IMG/VR virus record: IMGVR_UViG_3300009788_000023
Coordinates: 1-54,429 of that record
Direction: 5' to 3' (one strand)
Length of the DNA stretch: 54,429 bases
DNA from: a virus
Taxonomy: Duplodnaviria > Caudoviricetes
Below the pieces are notes generated by a model, which saw nothing but the letters and a program-made list of their open reading frames with translations, had not been told where the DNA came from and searched no databases. Positions within the stretch are counted from its first letter, which is position 1. Each line of letters opens with the position of its first letter. This document shows, piece by piece, positions 42,066-52,331 of the stretch. The position numbers were made by a program, and so were the translations under genes.

Positions 42066-44972
42066 TTAAGTCAAAGCTATGGTGCCGAGCCATGCTGTAG
42101 TAGCTGCGTCAAAGACGTAAAGCTTCTTGTTGGTACTGTCGTAAACGAGTGAAGCGCTTGTCGCACTTGTACTCGAAGGCGTACCTGCCTTGATGGGAAT
42201 AGAAAGACCAGACTCAAGAGCCGTCAAGGTGTAAACAGTTTGCGCTGCGGAACTTGAAGTCATAACCCCAGTACCCGCGTCCCATGTCAGGGTTGCTCCT
42301 GTAGCCGAGCCTTGGAATATGACATCAATGCCGGTCGCTACAGATGTACCAAACGTCCATGAGCTTGCCCCTGCGTCGAATGTGACGCTTGCGCCTGTAA
42401 CCACTGAGTCGAATACAACATCAATGCCGTTGCCTGCGGTCGCACCAAACGTCCATGTTTCCGCACCTGCGTCAAACTTGACCATAGTGCTTACATTGAC
42501 TGACTGGAATACCACATCAAGTCCTGCACCGACAGAAGTTCCGAACGTCCAAGATGGGTTTGCTCCTGCAAGGAACGTGGAATTAACGCCGGTAATGGAT
42601 GTGTTGAAAACGATATCCATTCCATTAGTTCCGGTAGTTCCGAGAACAAGGCGTGCTGCGGAATTATCAGTCGCACTCAATGTCAAGAAGTCGCCCGAAT
42701 CGACAACGGTAGTATAGGCCACAGTGTTGTTGTCGAAGCCAAAGACGGTGCTACAGTCGGTGAATGTCAGGGTCTTGTTAGCTGCATCAAAAGTGATATC
42801 GTCGCTTGCTGTTCCCGATTGGAATATAACATCCAATCCATTCGTACCTGTGATGCCGAAAGTAAGCGACGTGGACGAATTGTCGGCATCGGCAATGATC
42901 ATTGTACTTCCGGCAAGTATCGTCTGAGTGATGGTCGTTCCTGACGCGCTGATATCCAAATCTTTTCCATCGCCGAAAGTGACCTTATCACCGTCGCCCA
43001 TGTTAATATCAGCAAGGTCGAAGATTAAGGCATCCGAAGCCTGGGTCCATTCCATAAAGGCTGAAGATGTTTCTCCGAAGCACTTGAAGTCCAGGCCCTT
43101 GCCGTTGACACCGACTTCGACACCCTTGCCGGCAGATGCTATTTCTCTGATGTATAGGTTTGCACCAGTTGAGGACATACTGAAGTCACCCGCACCGGAC
43201 GCACCGTCACCAAACAGAAGCGTGGTGCTGTCCATCATGGTCAGTGAGATATCTTCAAATTCCATCCGGTCAGCACTCATATCGAATGTGATGTTGTCGC
43301 CGGAAGTTCCGCCGTAGAATACAACGTCCACACCGAGATCGTTTCCGCCGAAGTACCATGTGCCGTTATTGGAATCTGCTGAGGCGTCGAACCATACATC
43401 GGCACCTGCAACGGTGGCGTTGTCGATTCTGAAGTCACAGAGAACCGAACCATCGCCGATGTTAATTGCGTCGTTGGCGTTAGTTGATGCAAGAATAAGA
43501 GCTCCGGTAGATCCGGCAGTCGAGATTGTATAATCTGGGCCGTCACCGAACGAAAGTTCCTCGCCGTCACCAAGGGCAATTGAACCTGGGGCTAAAGCAC
43601 CGGACATCGTTAACGTTCCACCAACGGTCAAATTGTTATCAACGATTATCTCAGAGCCTTCGAAAGTGGTATTGCCGATAATCTCAAGGACGCTGTTGGT
43701 GTTGTCCCATCGCAGAGTACCATCGGTGGTACTGCCTGCCGAGGCTGAATCTCCAAGCAAAAGATAATCGTCGTCGCCGAGTCGGAGGTCGCAAATATCA
43801 AAGGCCATTACGTTGCCGTCGTAGTCTATGGCAATTGTACCAGATGTCTCGAAGTTGTAAGTTATATCGAAGCCGGTACTCGTATCGCCTATTTTCCAAG
43901 GCGTATCTGTGGCAAGCGCTGCCATATTGAAGTTCGTGCCGTCGAATTCAAACTGAACGTCACCAACGCCAGTAGTCCCGAAGTTGGCTCCCGTTCCGAA
44001 TGTTACCTGAACGAAATCATCGAACTGCAACATCGGGTCGCTGGAAGATGCGGCAGACTGGAAATTCAATCTGTCGTTATCCGACTTCCATTCGATGTAG
44101 CTTGTGTCTGTGTCGCCAAAGACTTTCAAACTCATTGCGGCACCAGATGTGCCGATTACCATGTCGGCGTTATTGGCCGCGGGTACTATATTAAATTCTC
44201 CGTCCCAACCTATAAGGACATCGCTGCTATCACCACAGACAAACAGATCATTGTCGCCGACTCTTATATCAGCATTGTCGGTGATAAGAACATCTGCACT
44301 CGCGTCCCAGTGAAGGAAGTTGGCAGTCGATGTGCCTATAATTAGAACATCAATGGCATTTGAACTGCCTATCTGAAGTTGGTCTGCGCCGCCGACTGCG
44401 GCAAGGAGTAAGCCTGCCCCTGCCGTCCCGGGCGTTGAGCCGTCCGTAAAGGCAAGGGTCATGTCGCCGCCGGATGCCGTTCCGAACTCAATTTTCTTGG
44501 CGTCCTTTAGCCACAAGCTATTGAGGATAGCCGCACCTGCTTTACTGAGCGACCATGTGGAACTTGTACCGTCGATATCCATACCTGTCCCGCCTTGGGT
44601 CAGGTTGATAAGGTGTGTCGCCCCGCCTGCCTGACTGATATCGAGAACGTCGGCCGTTCCAGTACCATTTGAATCGAGAATGAGAAGGTTCGAGGCGGGG
44701 GATGTTGACTCTATCTCAATCGCAACGGCGTTAGTTATCTTGGCGCCTATCTGGGCGGCGTCGTCGAGAGAACCGGCACTCATACTGTTAAGGCCGGCAG
44801 GCGACCAACTTGAGCCGTCGTTGGTCCGAAGTTGGTTTAAGGTTGTGTCGTAATATGTATCGCCCTCAGAAGCAGTAGTCTTTTCAGACTTTTTGAGAAA
44901 TTCTGCTATCGTTGCGGCGACTGTAATAATCCGCGCATCCGAGCGAATATTTGCTGGTTTGATACCTGACAT
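42066..44972 (-). CDS. Large beta-repeat virion protein (head fibre/decoration candidate)
   Basis: 968 aa Gly/Asp/Thr-rich directly after the MCP; ~28-aa FDA..WTFG....G.DV.F repeats. Confidence 0.6.
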   Translation of the reverse strand: MSGIKPANIRSDARIITVAATIAEFLKKSEKTTASEGDTYYDTTLNQLRTNDGSSWSPAGLNSMSAGSLDDAAQIGAKITNAVAIEIESTSPASNLLILDSNGTGTADVLDISQAGGATHLINLTQGGTGMDIDGTSSTWSLSKAGAAILNSLWLKDAKKIEFGTASGGDMTLAFTDGSTPGTAGAGLLLAAVGGADQLQIGSSNAIDVLIIGTSTANFLHWDASADVLITDNADIRVGDNDLFVCGDSSDVLIGWDGEFNIVPAANNADMVIGTSGAAMSLKVFGDTDTSYIEWKSDNDRLNFQSAASSSDPMLQFDDFVQVTFGTGANFGTTGVGDVQFEFDGTNFNMAALATDTPWKIGDTSTGFDITYNFETSGTIAIDYDGNVMAFDICDLRLGDDDYLLLGDSASAGSTTDGTLRWDNTNSVLEIIGNTTFEGSEIIVDNNLTVGGTLTMSGALAPGSIALGDGEELSFGDGPDYTISTAGSTGALILASTNANDAINIGDGSVLCDFRIDNATVAGADVWFDASADSNNGTWYFGGNDLGVDVVFYGGTSGDNITFDMSADRMEFEDISLTMMDSTTLLFGDGASGAGDFSMSSTGANLYIREIASAGKGVEVGVNGKGLDFKCFGETSSAFMEWTQASDALIFDLADINMGDGDKVTFGDGKDLDISASGTTITQTILAGSTMIIADADNSSTSLTFGITGTNGLDVIFQSGTASDDITFDAANKTLTFTDCSTVFGFDNNTVAYTTVVDSGDFLTLSATDNSAARLVLGTTGTNGMDIVFNTSITGVNSTFLAGANPSWTFGTSVGAGLDVVFQSVNVSTMVKFDAGAETWTFGATAGNGIDVVFDSVVTGASVTFDAGASSWTFGTSVATGIDVIFQGSATGATLTWDAGTGVMTSSSAAQTVYTLTALESGLSIPIKAGTPSSTSATSASLVYDSTNKKLYVFDAATTAWLGTIALT

Positions 44973-45060
44973 AATAAATTACCTCTTTTCGTGGGTGTGT
45001 ATTCTGAGGAAATCCAAGTTATGCGGCAACACCCCTGACAATGCCGCAACGTAAGGAAAT

Positions 45061-45100
45061 GGCAGAAACGAGCGGGGAACCACGTCCCCGCCCGACCGCC
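45061..45100 (-). terminator. GC-rich hairpin after the major capsid gene
   Basis: CGGGCGGGGA/TCCCCGCTCG; weak U-tract. Confidence 0.45.
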
Positions 45101-45127
45101 AAAAGGAAAGAAAATTTAGAAGTCTGA

Positions 45128-46513
45128 TTAAGATTCTGCTACGTCAAAACCCTTTGCCTGTCGTCTTGGGTCGAAGCATACGAAGTTGACGTACTGTTTC
45201 ATCGTTGCGAACTTATTGTCGCCGGTGTGGCTCTGAATCAGAGCGTTCTGGCCATCGCCAAGGATCCACTGCATTGGGGAATTCTGTGCAAAAGCGAAGT
45301 CGTCGGTGTTAATCATAAACAGTACTCCGGACGGGACGGCACCAAGCGATGTCAATACGAGTTGCCATTCCGAAAGTTGGATTCCTGTTCGGGTAACACC
45401 ACCCATAAAGTCAAGGGGTCCGACGTTATTGAATCGCCTATTGTCCTTTTGGTTGAGGAAATAGAACAATTCCATTTTCGGAGTTACCATCAGGAGGTTC
45501 GCTCTGCCCTGCCGGTGATACTTGAGGTCAAGCATGATTTCGAGCAGGTTTTGTTCGCCGAGTTGCTGGCTTGCAAAGTCCTTCATCAAGGATTGCAGGT
45601 TCGAGAAGCTTGTACGAGTCAAGTTCCAGTTGGTTGTGAAATTACTCGTAGTCTCTGAATTAGCTACGCCATCGGAAACAAGATTGCTCAAGCCGTTAAT
45701 CTCTCTCGAAGTTGACCATATATAGGCTTGGGCCGCTGCCGTATTGTAGTAAGACTTCTCTCGGTAGCAATAGTCGCCTACTGCTATATCCTCAGAGCCC
45801 GAACCGTCATAGGCATCCCCGTTTTCGTCTGTAATCGACAAAACGGAAGTGCCGGCGTCAAGGTCAACAGAGTCGATATTACTAACGATGAACGTGAAGT
45901 CATCGCCACTGTTGGAGTTGGCCGGGCCGCTGGAATCAATTCCGGCAGAGTCAAAAGTCGCAACGTGGAATCGGGTACCAACCGGCATGAACAGGTCGGC
46001 AAAATAAGCCGCACCGGCAAAATCTGTTTTGGTGACGGTCATCTTGCTTGTGCCGGTATTTATCGCCGAGACAAGGGCCAGTCTTGCGGCACCATCGCCC
46101 ATAAGTTGACGGTCGAAATCATTCTTAAACGCCAGAATGTTAGTCTCAAAAGACTTATTGACGATATTGACGGCACTCTTCTTACCATCGTTTGCTGCAT
46201 CTACGACTGGGCCAGTCAATGCGATGTAGGCGTTCAGGTACTTCACGTTCTCCGTCAACTGTTTACCCTTGACAGGGACGTTGTTAACGAAGTTCTCGCC
46301 TTCGCCGAATGCACCGACACCCTGCGCCCACTGAAGCGTTGCAAAGTGCGTTATGTTATTACCGCCGCCACCAATCAGGTCCGACCTGTCCTTAATCATC
46401 GAAGAGAAGGAGAAGTCGTTGTATGCCACTTCCTGCATGGTAGGGAGATAAACGTTTTTGAGCAACCCGTCCAAATTACCGGAGTTGTTCAGGTCTGAAA
46501 TTGAAGTTGTCAT
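45128..46513 (-). CDS. Major capsid protein
   Basis: LDGLLKNVY, KNDFDRQLMGDG, EINGL; position after portal and scaffold. Confidence 0.85.
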   Translation of the reverse strand: MTTSISDLNNSGNLDGLLKNVYLPTMQEVAYNDFSFSSMIKDRSDLIGGGGNNITHFATLQWAQGVGAFGEGENFVNNVPVKGKQLTENVKYLNAYIALTGPVVDAANDGKKSAVNIVNKSFETNILAFKNDFDRQLMGDGAARLALVSAINTGTSKMTVTKTDFAGAAYFADLFMPVGTRFHVATFDSAGIDSSGPANSNSGDDFTFIVSNIDSVDLDAGTSVLSITDENGDAYDGSGSEDIAVGDYCYREKSYYNTAAAQAYIWSTSREINGLSNLVSDGVANSETTSNFTTNWNLTRTSFSNLQSLMKDFASQQLGEQNLLEIMLDLKYHRQGRANLLMVTPKMELFYFLNQKDNRRFNNVGPLDFMGGVTRTGIQLSEWQLVLTSLGAVPSGVLFMINTDDFAFAQNSPMQWILGDGQNALIQSHTGDNKFATMKQYVNFVCFDPRRQAKGFDVAES

Positions 46514-46524
46514 AATTGTATTCC

Positions 46525-47556
46525 TTAAACTCGGGGCTGTTGTGCGGCTAAATAGTTATTCGCATTAGCCTCCAAGTTTCCTAAAGTGAATTTGGTTGTA
46601 TTTACAGGGGCAGGCGGTGCGCCGCCTACTGCGGGTTTCAGGACGTTCGGGGGCGTAACGTTATGGACTCCGGCGTTTGGTACTGCCGGAACCGCAGGTG
46701 CGGCACCAGTAGAAGCTATGCCAGCGTCGAAAGCGCCTTTAAGCACAGCGGCGAATTGTGGAGCCACTTTTTTAGCCGTAAAAGTGTAACCCTCTGGGGT
46801 TTGGGCTTTTGCTTTGCCGTGAGACCTAACTAAGTCGTCGTTACTGAAGTCCACTGTGGCAAGGAACATCTGTGTCGCGGTCTGTTTTAACTCTTCTGAT
46901 AATCCCGTTGGTAATATTGGAGTTATCTGTTCGTCGAAAACAGTATTGATTGCCGCTACCGATTTGTTTGCCTCAACGGTGGCCCTGTCTTGGTCCTGTG
47001 TTTTTGTTACGTTATTGATTTGCTCAGCTTGTGTCGCTATCACATCCAAAAATGCTTCTTGTCTTTCCTGCACGTCTTGAGAAGATAACCCCTTCTCTGG
47101 TATCGGAACCGCCAAGACGCTTTTTAGATTGTTGATTTTTTCGCCAAGCGTTGGTTCTGGGGCAGTTGGGGTAGATGCTGCTGTCGGGGCAATTGGCTGT
47201 CGCGCTGCTATTACTTCATCTATAGTCACTAAGCCGGTATTGATTGCCTCAATCGTATCGCCGTCGGGGTCAACGCCGAACTTAGTCAGAGCCGCCCTCA
47301 TTTGAGCGTTCTGCTGACTAAGGCGACTTGCCTTACCCTGGTCTGCTTCGGCTTCTGGTGTTCCTTCGACTGGGGTTCCCGGTGCCGCTTCCGGTTCGCC
47401 TGATGCTGGGGTCGTTGTATCTGGGACAACGCCTGCATTCACGTCTGCTTGTGCGGCCAATTCGGTCGCTACGTTAGTGTCCAGGTTCTCCAATGTGCTT
47501 GCTGGCTGGTCGTTTGTCGATACGGCCGCCTCAGCTACTTCGGCTGTTTTTAACAT
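46525..47556 (-). CDS. Capsid scaffolding protein
   Basis: Acidic, Pro/Ala/Thr-rich; between portal and MCP. Confidence 0.7.
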   Translation of the reverse strand: MLKTAEVAEAAVSTNDQPASTLENLDTNVATELAAQADVNAGVVPDTTTPASGEPEAAPGTPVEGTPEAEADQGKASRLSQQNAQMRAALTKFGVDPDGDTIEAINTGLVTIDEVIAARQPIAPTAASTPTAPEPTLGEKINNLKSVLAVPIPEKGLSSQDVQERQEAFLDVIATQAEQINNVTKTQDQDRATVEANKSVAAINTVFDEQITPILPTGLSEELKQTATQMFLATVDFSNDDLVRSHGKAKAQTPEGYTFTAKKVAPQFAAVLKGAFDAGIASTGAAPAVPAVPNAGVHNVTPPNVLKPAVGGAPPAPVNTTKFTLGNLEANANNYLAAQQPRV

Positions 47557-47584
47557 GGTAATACTCCTATTCGTTTATATGTTG

Positions 47585-49714
47585 TCAATCAGACTCATTC
47601 GACGATGATGTCTTGGCTGACTCTTTCTCTTGGCTTGATTCTAAATCTTCCCGCTTGATTTGGCCGGTCATTATTGCTTGTCTAAGTTGGATTTCAGACA
47701 GTATCTCCGAATGCAACTGAAAATGAACAAGCATTGCGTTTGCAATCACCATCAAACCTTCATCGCCCGAACCTAAATATTTGGGATATTTATCGGTTAA
47801 ATCGTTTCTGTGTTCAACAATATGAACGTCGTGATTATCGAAGAAGGTTGGTGGGGGAATATATATAGTAGCGAGTATTTCATCAGATGGTATTTGTAAG
47901 CCAGATTGCTGCATCAACTCTTGGTAATTTTTGAAAGGTGCTAAGTATTCTGTCTTTGCGTAATTAACGTCTTTGTTGTTCGCCTTGAGGAAAGTGTCCT
48001 TTCCGCCAATGTCCAATTGCTGAAGTACGAGCTTCTTGGTAACCGGGTCTTGTGGATTGCCAAATAATCCCCTGTCGAGCAATTCAAACATCCTTTGTTC
48101 CTCAATCGCCCTGCTGACAGGTAAAGACGAACCGCTGCGAACCACGACGTTAAAATGTGTATTGTATGAATTCGGGTCAAATTCAAAGAATGTCCATTCG
48201 TTGTCCTTGCCGACTATCTGGAAGTTTCTTTTCCCATAATTTGCAAAGCCTATCGAAAGAAGCTGGTTCATCGCCCTTTCGTCGCGCCGATCCATTTCGT
48301 TTGTAATCGGGGAATGCTGAGCATTCGCACTTTCCTCTAGTAGAGCTATGCCTATGCCGGATTTGGGGCCGCCTGTGGGACGTTTGCCTTGTGTGACGGC
48401 TGGGAAACTGAATATATCGTTAATATCCTGAATGATTTCTCTGGCGTAAACGAATAGCTGTCCGGAAACCGGCTGACCCTGTTCTCTCTGGGGCCTCTTA
48501 AAGTTGTCGTATTCTATGATTAAACCAGGCCCATTGTCGAGGCGCTTAAGGTTGAGATTGGCTTCTCTGGGTACATACATAACCCCGAAGCCTAAAGCGG
48601 CCGTGTTCTCTCGAATAAGGCTCCTGATTTCATTTAGTTCTCTTTGGATTGGCCTTGCCTGTGATATCCTGCTTGCTGTGCCAACTACCGCTTTATCAGG
48701 AACCATCATGTCATAGGCCGTAAAAGGTACTTCGCCATGCGGGTAACTCTCAATTGGATATGGCCCGTTTTCAAGCACAACTCCCGGCTCAGTTCCGGCC
48801 ATTGTTGCAAATACGCCTTCGGGCCAATTGCCGTCGGCTACCTGCCAGAACTCATAGACCATTACTTCCTTGTCTCTTTTGGCCATCTGAGATGAATCTG
48901 CTTTGGTTTTAGAGCCTGTAGAATTACCGGCGAACTGTGAGAATTCATTAAAAACCTTAATCTCAAACTCATTCATTCCCGAGTTAGGGTCTAAGAATGC
49001 GGCCTCGTTAATCAAAGGGGCTTTTTCTGGGTACTTTTTGAGAAGGTCGCCGTAAGTAACCGGCCTTGCATGGATGATCCAGGGAAGCCTCTCTGTGTTC
49101 TGACGCCAATCCCAGATAACCTCGTTTGTCGGAGTATGTTCCGAAAGAGCTTCGCCCTGATAAATCGGTTCGCCGACGGGCAGTTCCGGGTTATGGTTCG
49201 GATCCTCTTCGTCTGGATTGAGCCCTATCATCTTGTATTGGGCATCCCAATATTGCTTTCGCCTTGCTATAGAGGCGATGTCGTACCAAATAATTATCTT
49301 GCCGCGGGACTTATCGAAATCATTAATTCTGCGAAGATAACCGGCCATTTTGTCGCCGGCAACCGCAGTCGCCTTGTCGTTTTCGTCGGTCGTATCAGGG
49401 ACTACATCGAACTTTGGCGGTACCTTCGTCGCCATAGCAACGTCATTTCTGACGGCGGGGCCTATTTTATTGACAACGATATTGAACGGGCTGGCGCCTT
49501 TGATTACCCGAAGATTCGTACCGTTCCAGCCGATGTTCTGATGGCCGCAGAGATAAGCGATATTGATATTCCATTCGGGGATTCTTTCCCGGCGAAACGG
49601 ATTGAAAGTCTTAATCCGAGACTCCATGATATCCCGAACAGCTTCGTCTCTTTGATTTTCTTCGGCGGCTCCGGTATTAAGAATTACCGGTTTAGCCTTG
49701 AATTCTTGTACCAT
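47585..49714 (-). CDS. Portal protein (P22/T7-like)
   Basis: 709 aa; VVNKIGP, P.QRELN, SGIGIALLEE, DNHDVHI motifs; position. Confidence 0.85.
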   Translation of the reverse strand: MVQEFKAKPVILNTGAAEENQRDEAVRDIMESRIKTFNPFRRERIPEWNINIAYLCGHQNIGWNGTNLRVIKGASPFNIVVNKIGPAVRNDVAMATKVPPKFDVVPDTTDENDKATAVAGDKMAGYLRRINDFDKSRGKIIIWYDIASIARRKQYWDAQYKMIGLNPDEEDPNHNPELPVGEPIYQGEALSEHTPTNEVIWDWRQNTERLPWIIHARPVTYGDLLKKYPEKAPLINEAAFLDPNSGMNEFEIKVFNEFSQFAGNSTGSKTKADSSQMAKRDKEVMVYEFWQVADGNWPEGVFATMAGTEPGVVLENGPYPIESYPHGEVPFTAYDMMVPDKAVVGTASRISQARPIQRELNEIRSLIRENTAALGFGVMYVPREANLNLKRLDNGPGLIIEYDNFKRPQREQGQPVSGQLFVYAREIIQDINDIFSFPAVTQGKRPTGGPKSGIGIALLEESANAQHSPITNEMDRRDERAMNQLLSIGFANYGKRNFQIVGKDNEWTFFEFDPNSYNTHFNVVVRSGSSLPVSRAIEEQRMFELLDRGLFGNPQDPVTKKLVLQQLDIGGKDTFLKANNKDVNYAKTEYLAPFKNYQELMQQSGLQIPSDEILATIYIPPPTFFDNHDVHIVEHRNDLTDKYPKYLGSGDEGLMVIANAMLVHFQLHSEILSEIQLRQAIMTGQIKREDLESSQEKESAKTSSSNESD

Positions 49715-49955
49715 CGTTTGATTCCGTTATGCCTTCGTCTGCTGTTATTTTGTGCAACATTCCGCATTCACGACATTGGATAAAAAACTCTAAGGCGCTA
49801 ATGTGAGTAACTTTGCCCGCGTTACTGTATCGAACATGCAATAGCCAGCCTTCTTGGCTCAGTTTCCTATCACAAAGCCTGACTGCACAATTAGGGCAAT
49901 GAACCTTAATCCGATTACACAGGGTCGAAACCTTCGTCTGGGTCTGGGTTGTCAT
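49692..49955 (-). CDS. Small zinc-ribbon protein (Com-like)
   Basis: CPNC..RL...I.CRECG. Confidence 0.6.
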   Translation of the reverse strand: MTTQTQTKVSTLCNRIKVHCPNCAVRLCDRKLSQEGWLLHVRYSNAGKVTHISALEFFIQCRECGMLHKITADEGITESNDGTRIQG

Positions 49956-50115
49956 TTGGGCTTTCTTCCTTTTTTGAACTCTTTTTGAAGTCGCCGAATT
50001 TACTTGCGTGTTCGACTTCGACTTCCATTTGGTCCATATATCTCCGCATTCTCGGCTTTGAATTCTTGAGCGATATCCATAGATGCCTAAAAAAAGCTTC
50101 GTTCTCGCCTGTCAT
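49915..50115 (-). CDS. Small hypothetical protein
   Basis: ATGA overlap with the TerL nuclease ORF. Confidence 0.55.
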   Translation of the reverse strand: MTGENEAFFRHLWISLKNSKPRMRRYMDQMEVEVEHASKFGDFKKSSKKEESPNDNPDPDEGFDPV

Positions 50116-50873
50116 AACACTAAAATCCCTTCTTCTTTCTTTCCGAATAAACTTTCCTTGTGCTTCTGCTGTAGATATGCACAGTGAGCGGCGTGCTCAC
50201 CTTCTATGCTGAATTCCTCGACGACTTCTATTGGCCTCTGCGGCCTGAGAGAACAGCCGTACAGGGCAAGCATGGCCCCCATCACAGTATCGTCGTGGAA
50301 GCCTTCGCCACCGCCCATCTTGTCCTTATCCTCAAGATAGACGTAATTGCAAAATTCATAAATCGTGTTCTCGTCGTGGAAGATTATCTGTGGACCGTTA
50401 ATGTCCTCGGTTAATTCCTTGAAATTATTAACGAGAAGGTGCTTGTCGGTTTCGGTTGTGCAGATTCCGTATTTGCTGGACTCCGAAGGATTTTCGTCAA
50501 GCGTCTGGCGCTTCTGGTATATATTCCCGTAACCGAAATTCTCAATCGCATTATCGACGTAAGCATTGCCCGGGTACCTTGTCTCGGGTACTATGTAGGC
50601 GTTATTATAGTACCTTGCAAGGGCTACCATTACCTCGGAACCAACGACTGTTGTTGTTCTTTTATTCCAAAGCCAAGCGACCTGTTCAAAAGGAATCCTG
50701 TTGGACCAAACCTGAATCGAAGTATAGTCGGCGCCAAAGCCGGTTGCGGCATCTAAGCCAATCGTATATTTCAAACCCGGCTCTGGTTTCTTCCAAATAG
50801 TAATTAAATCTTGGCGGAACTTATCTTCCGGCTTGGCAAGTCTGAACTCGTATTTACGCTGCTTGTATTTCAC
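50112..50873 (-). CDS. Terminase large subunit, nuclease domain (separate ORF)
   Basis: YTIGLDAATG.GADYT, VPET, HDDTVMG. Confidence 0.85.
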   Translation of the reverse strand: MKYKQRKYEFRLAKPEDKFRQDLITIWKKPEPGLKYTIGLDAATGFGADYTSIQVWSNRIPFEQVAWLWNKRTTTVVGSEVMVALARYYNNAYIVPETRYPGNAYVDNAIENFGYGNIYQKRQTLDENPSESSKYGICTTETDKHLLVNNFKELTEDINGPQIIFHDENTIYEFCNYVYLEDKDKMGGGEGFHDDTVMGAMLALYGCSLRPQRPIEVVEEFSIEGEHAAHCAYLQQKHKESLFGKKEEGILVL

Positions 50874-51795
50874 GGAGCGTTCCTATCGAAAGCGGAATAT
50901 CATGCTTAATTCCAGACAACATCGCATTCAAAACAGGTATCTTGAAAACCGGATTGCCGCCGAAAACGATGTATTTCCCTTCGATTCGAACTTCTCTTTC
51001 ATCTTCCGGATATTTAGCGGCAGCCTTTTTAATTTCCTCAAGCGGAAGATAAGGGTTATCCCACATGGCGCCAGTGGTAACAAATACATCATCTTCTGCC
51101 ATTCGAGCTTTAAGCCAAGCGGTCCCTCGAATTGGCGTTGCTGTCATCCACCAAATACCAGCCCTATCAATTAAACGGGTCATACACTCGGTAAAGATGT
51201 CTGTTTTTGAGGGCTCTTCGTCAAACCAGATAAAATCAACTTCGTCGCCCTGAAACTTTTCACGTCCAGAATCCGATGATTTGAACTGAATCTTCCATTC
51301 CCTGTCCTCTCCTTTGATATACCAGATATTGTCTGATTTATTGAATGTGGATTCTCCGATCACCGTGTAATTACTTGGTAGTAACTTATTGAACTTCGGC
51401 AAGTTAACATCCCGGACCATATTATAGTCAAGGCCAACTATCCATCCTTTGCCTTTTTTTGGGAACTTCCTGTAAGGGTGTTTTCCGGTCAGGGCAAGAA
51501 CGCACTCGTAAGCGCCTTCGTCTGACTTGCCGATTCTGTTACCGCCAATTGCTATTCGACCTTTGTAACCACCGGCTGCCGCCAAAAATTGCCATTGCCA
51601 GCCGGGTTTGCCGTCTCTGCGATTAAAATAGGGTTCGTACTTATAGAAGAGTTCTCGGGAACGCTCAAGGAGTAGTTGCGCCCTCTGCGTGTTCTCTGGG
51701 TTCGACCGCCACTTCGGATCCTGCAAAAGCTGTCGCGTTCGTAATACACGCTCCCGCATCAAGTGAACCGGTAATTTTACGTCGTGTATTTGCAT
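50854..51795 (-). CDS. Terminase large subunit, ATPase domain (separate ORF)
   Basis: GGNRIGKS Walker A, IWFDEEP Walker B, MTATP motif III, DNPYL; start reassigned to MQIHD with AGGAG. Confidence 0.88.
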   Translation of the reverse strand: MQIHDVKLPVHLMRERVLRTRQLLQDPKWRSNPENTQRAQLLLERSRELFYKYEPYFNRRDGKPGWQWQFLAAAGGYKGRIAIGGNRIGKSDEGAYECVLALTGKHPYRKFPKKGKGWIVGLDYNMVRDVNLPKFNKLLPSNYTVIGESTFNKSDNIWYIKGEDREWKIQFKSSDSGREKFQGDEVDFIWFDEEPSKTDIFTECMTRLIDRAGIWWMTATPIRGTAWLKARMAEDDVFVTTGAMWDNPYLPLEEIKKAAAKYPEDEREVRIEGKYIVFGGNPVFKIPVLNAMLSGIKHDIPLSIGTLREIQAA

Positions 51796-52330
51796 TTTCT
51801 TCGATCTCCTTGGCAGATTGCTCATAGCCTTCTATAAGTTCATCATCCCCTAATGCTTGCATTGAATGTTTCAAATCAATCTGTTTGGGCGCTTTGGCTC
51901 CGAAGATGTCGCCGATTTCAACTAAGGCGTTAAATCTTACATTATTCTCTGGCTCTTCAACTCTTTCTATAACAAAGGCTGAGCCCTTGATTTTGCCTTC
52001 TACTTTCGATGGAACTCTGATATTGACTTTTTTTGTAGCCTTCGTAAGCTCAACTAATCCTTTGGCGTATTCTTTTGTGCTAAAATCCAATTCGCCTTCT
52101 AAAAACGCTTGCGTCTGACTGTTGTAAGTAGATTTTCTCTTAGTACGAGCTATCCTGTTGGGGCTACAACGGAGTTCTTCTGAGGTCTCTTTGAATGTTT
52201 TGCCTCTGTGCTTTTTGGCGTTAGGGTTGGTGCTCATTTCGATTTCCTGAGAATGCCAAATCTCAAGCTCCTTCAAAGTCATGGGGTCGTCAAGTCGCTT
52301 CGAATACTTGAGATTATGCTTGTGTTCCAT
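51665..52330 (-). CDS. Putative terminase small subunit
   Basis: N-terminal HTH-like TFKETSEELRCSPNRIAR; immediately upstream of TerL. Confidence 0.6.
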   Translation of the reverse strand: MEHKHNLKYSKRLDDPMTLKELEIWHSQEIEMSTNPNAKKHRGKTFKETSEELRCSPNRIARTKRKSTYNSQTQAFLEGELDFSTKEYAKGLVELTKATKKVNIRVPSKVEGKIKGSAFVIERVEEPENNVRFNALVEIGDIFGAKAPKQIDLKHSMQALGDDELIEGYEQSAKEIEENANTRRKITGSLDAGACITNATAFAGSEVAVEPREHAEGATTP

Positions 52331-52331
52331 C

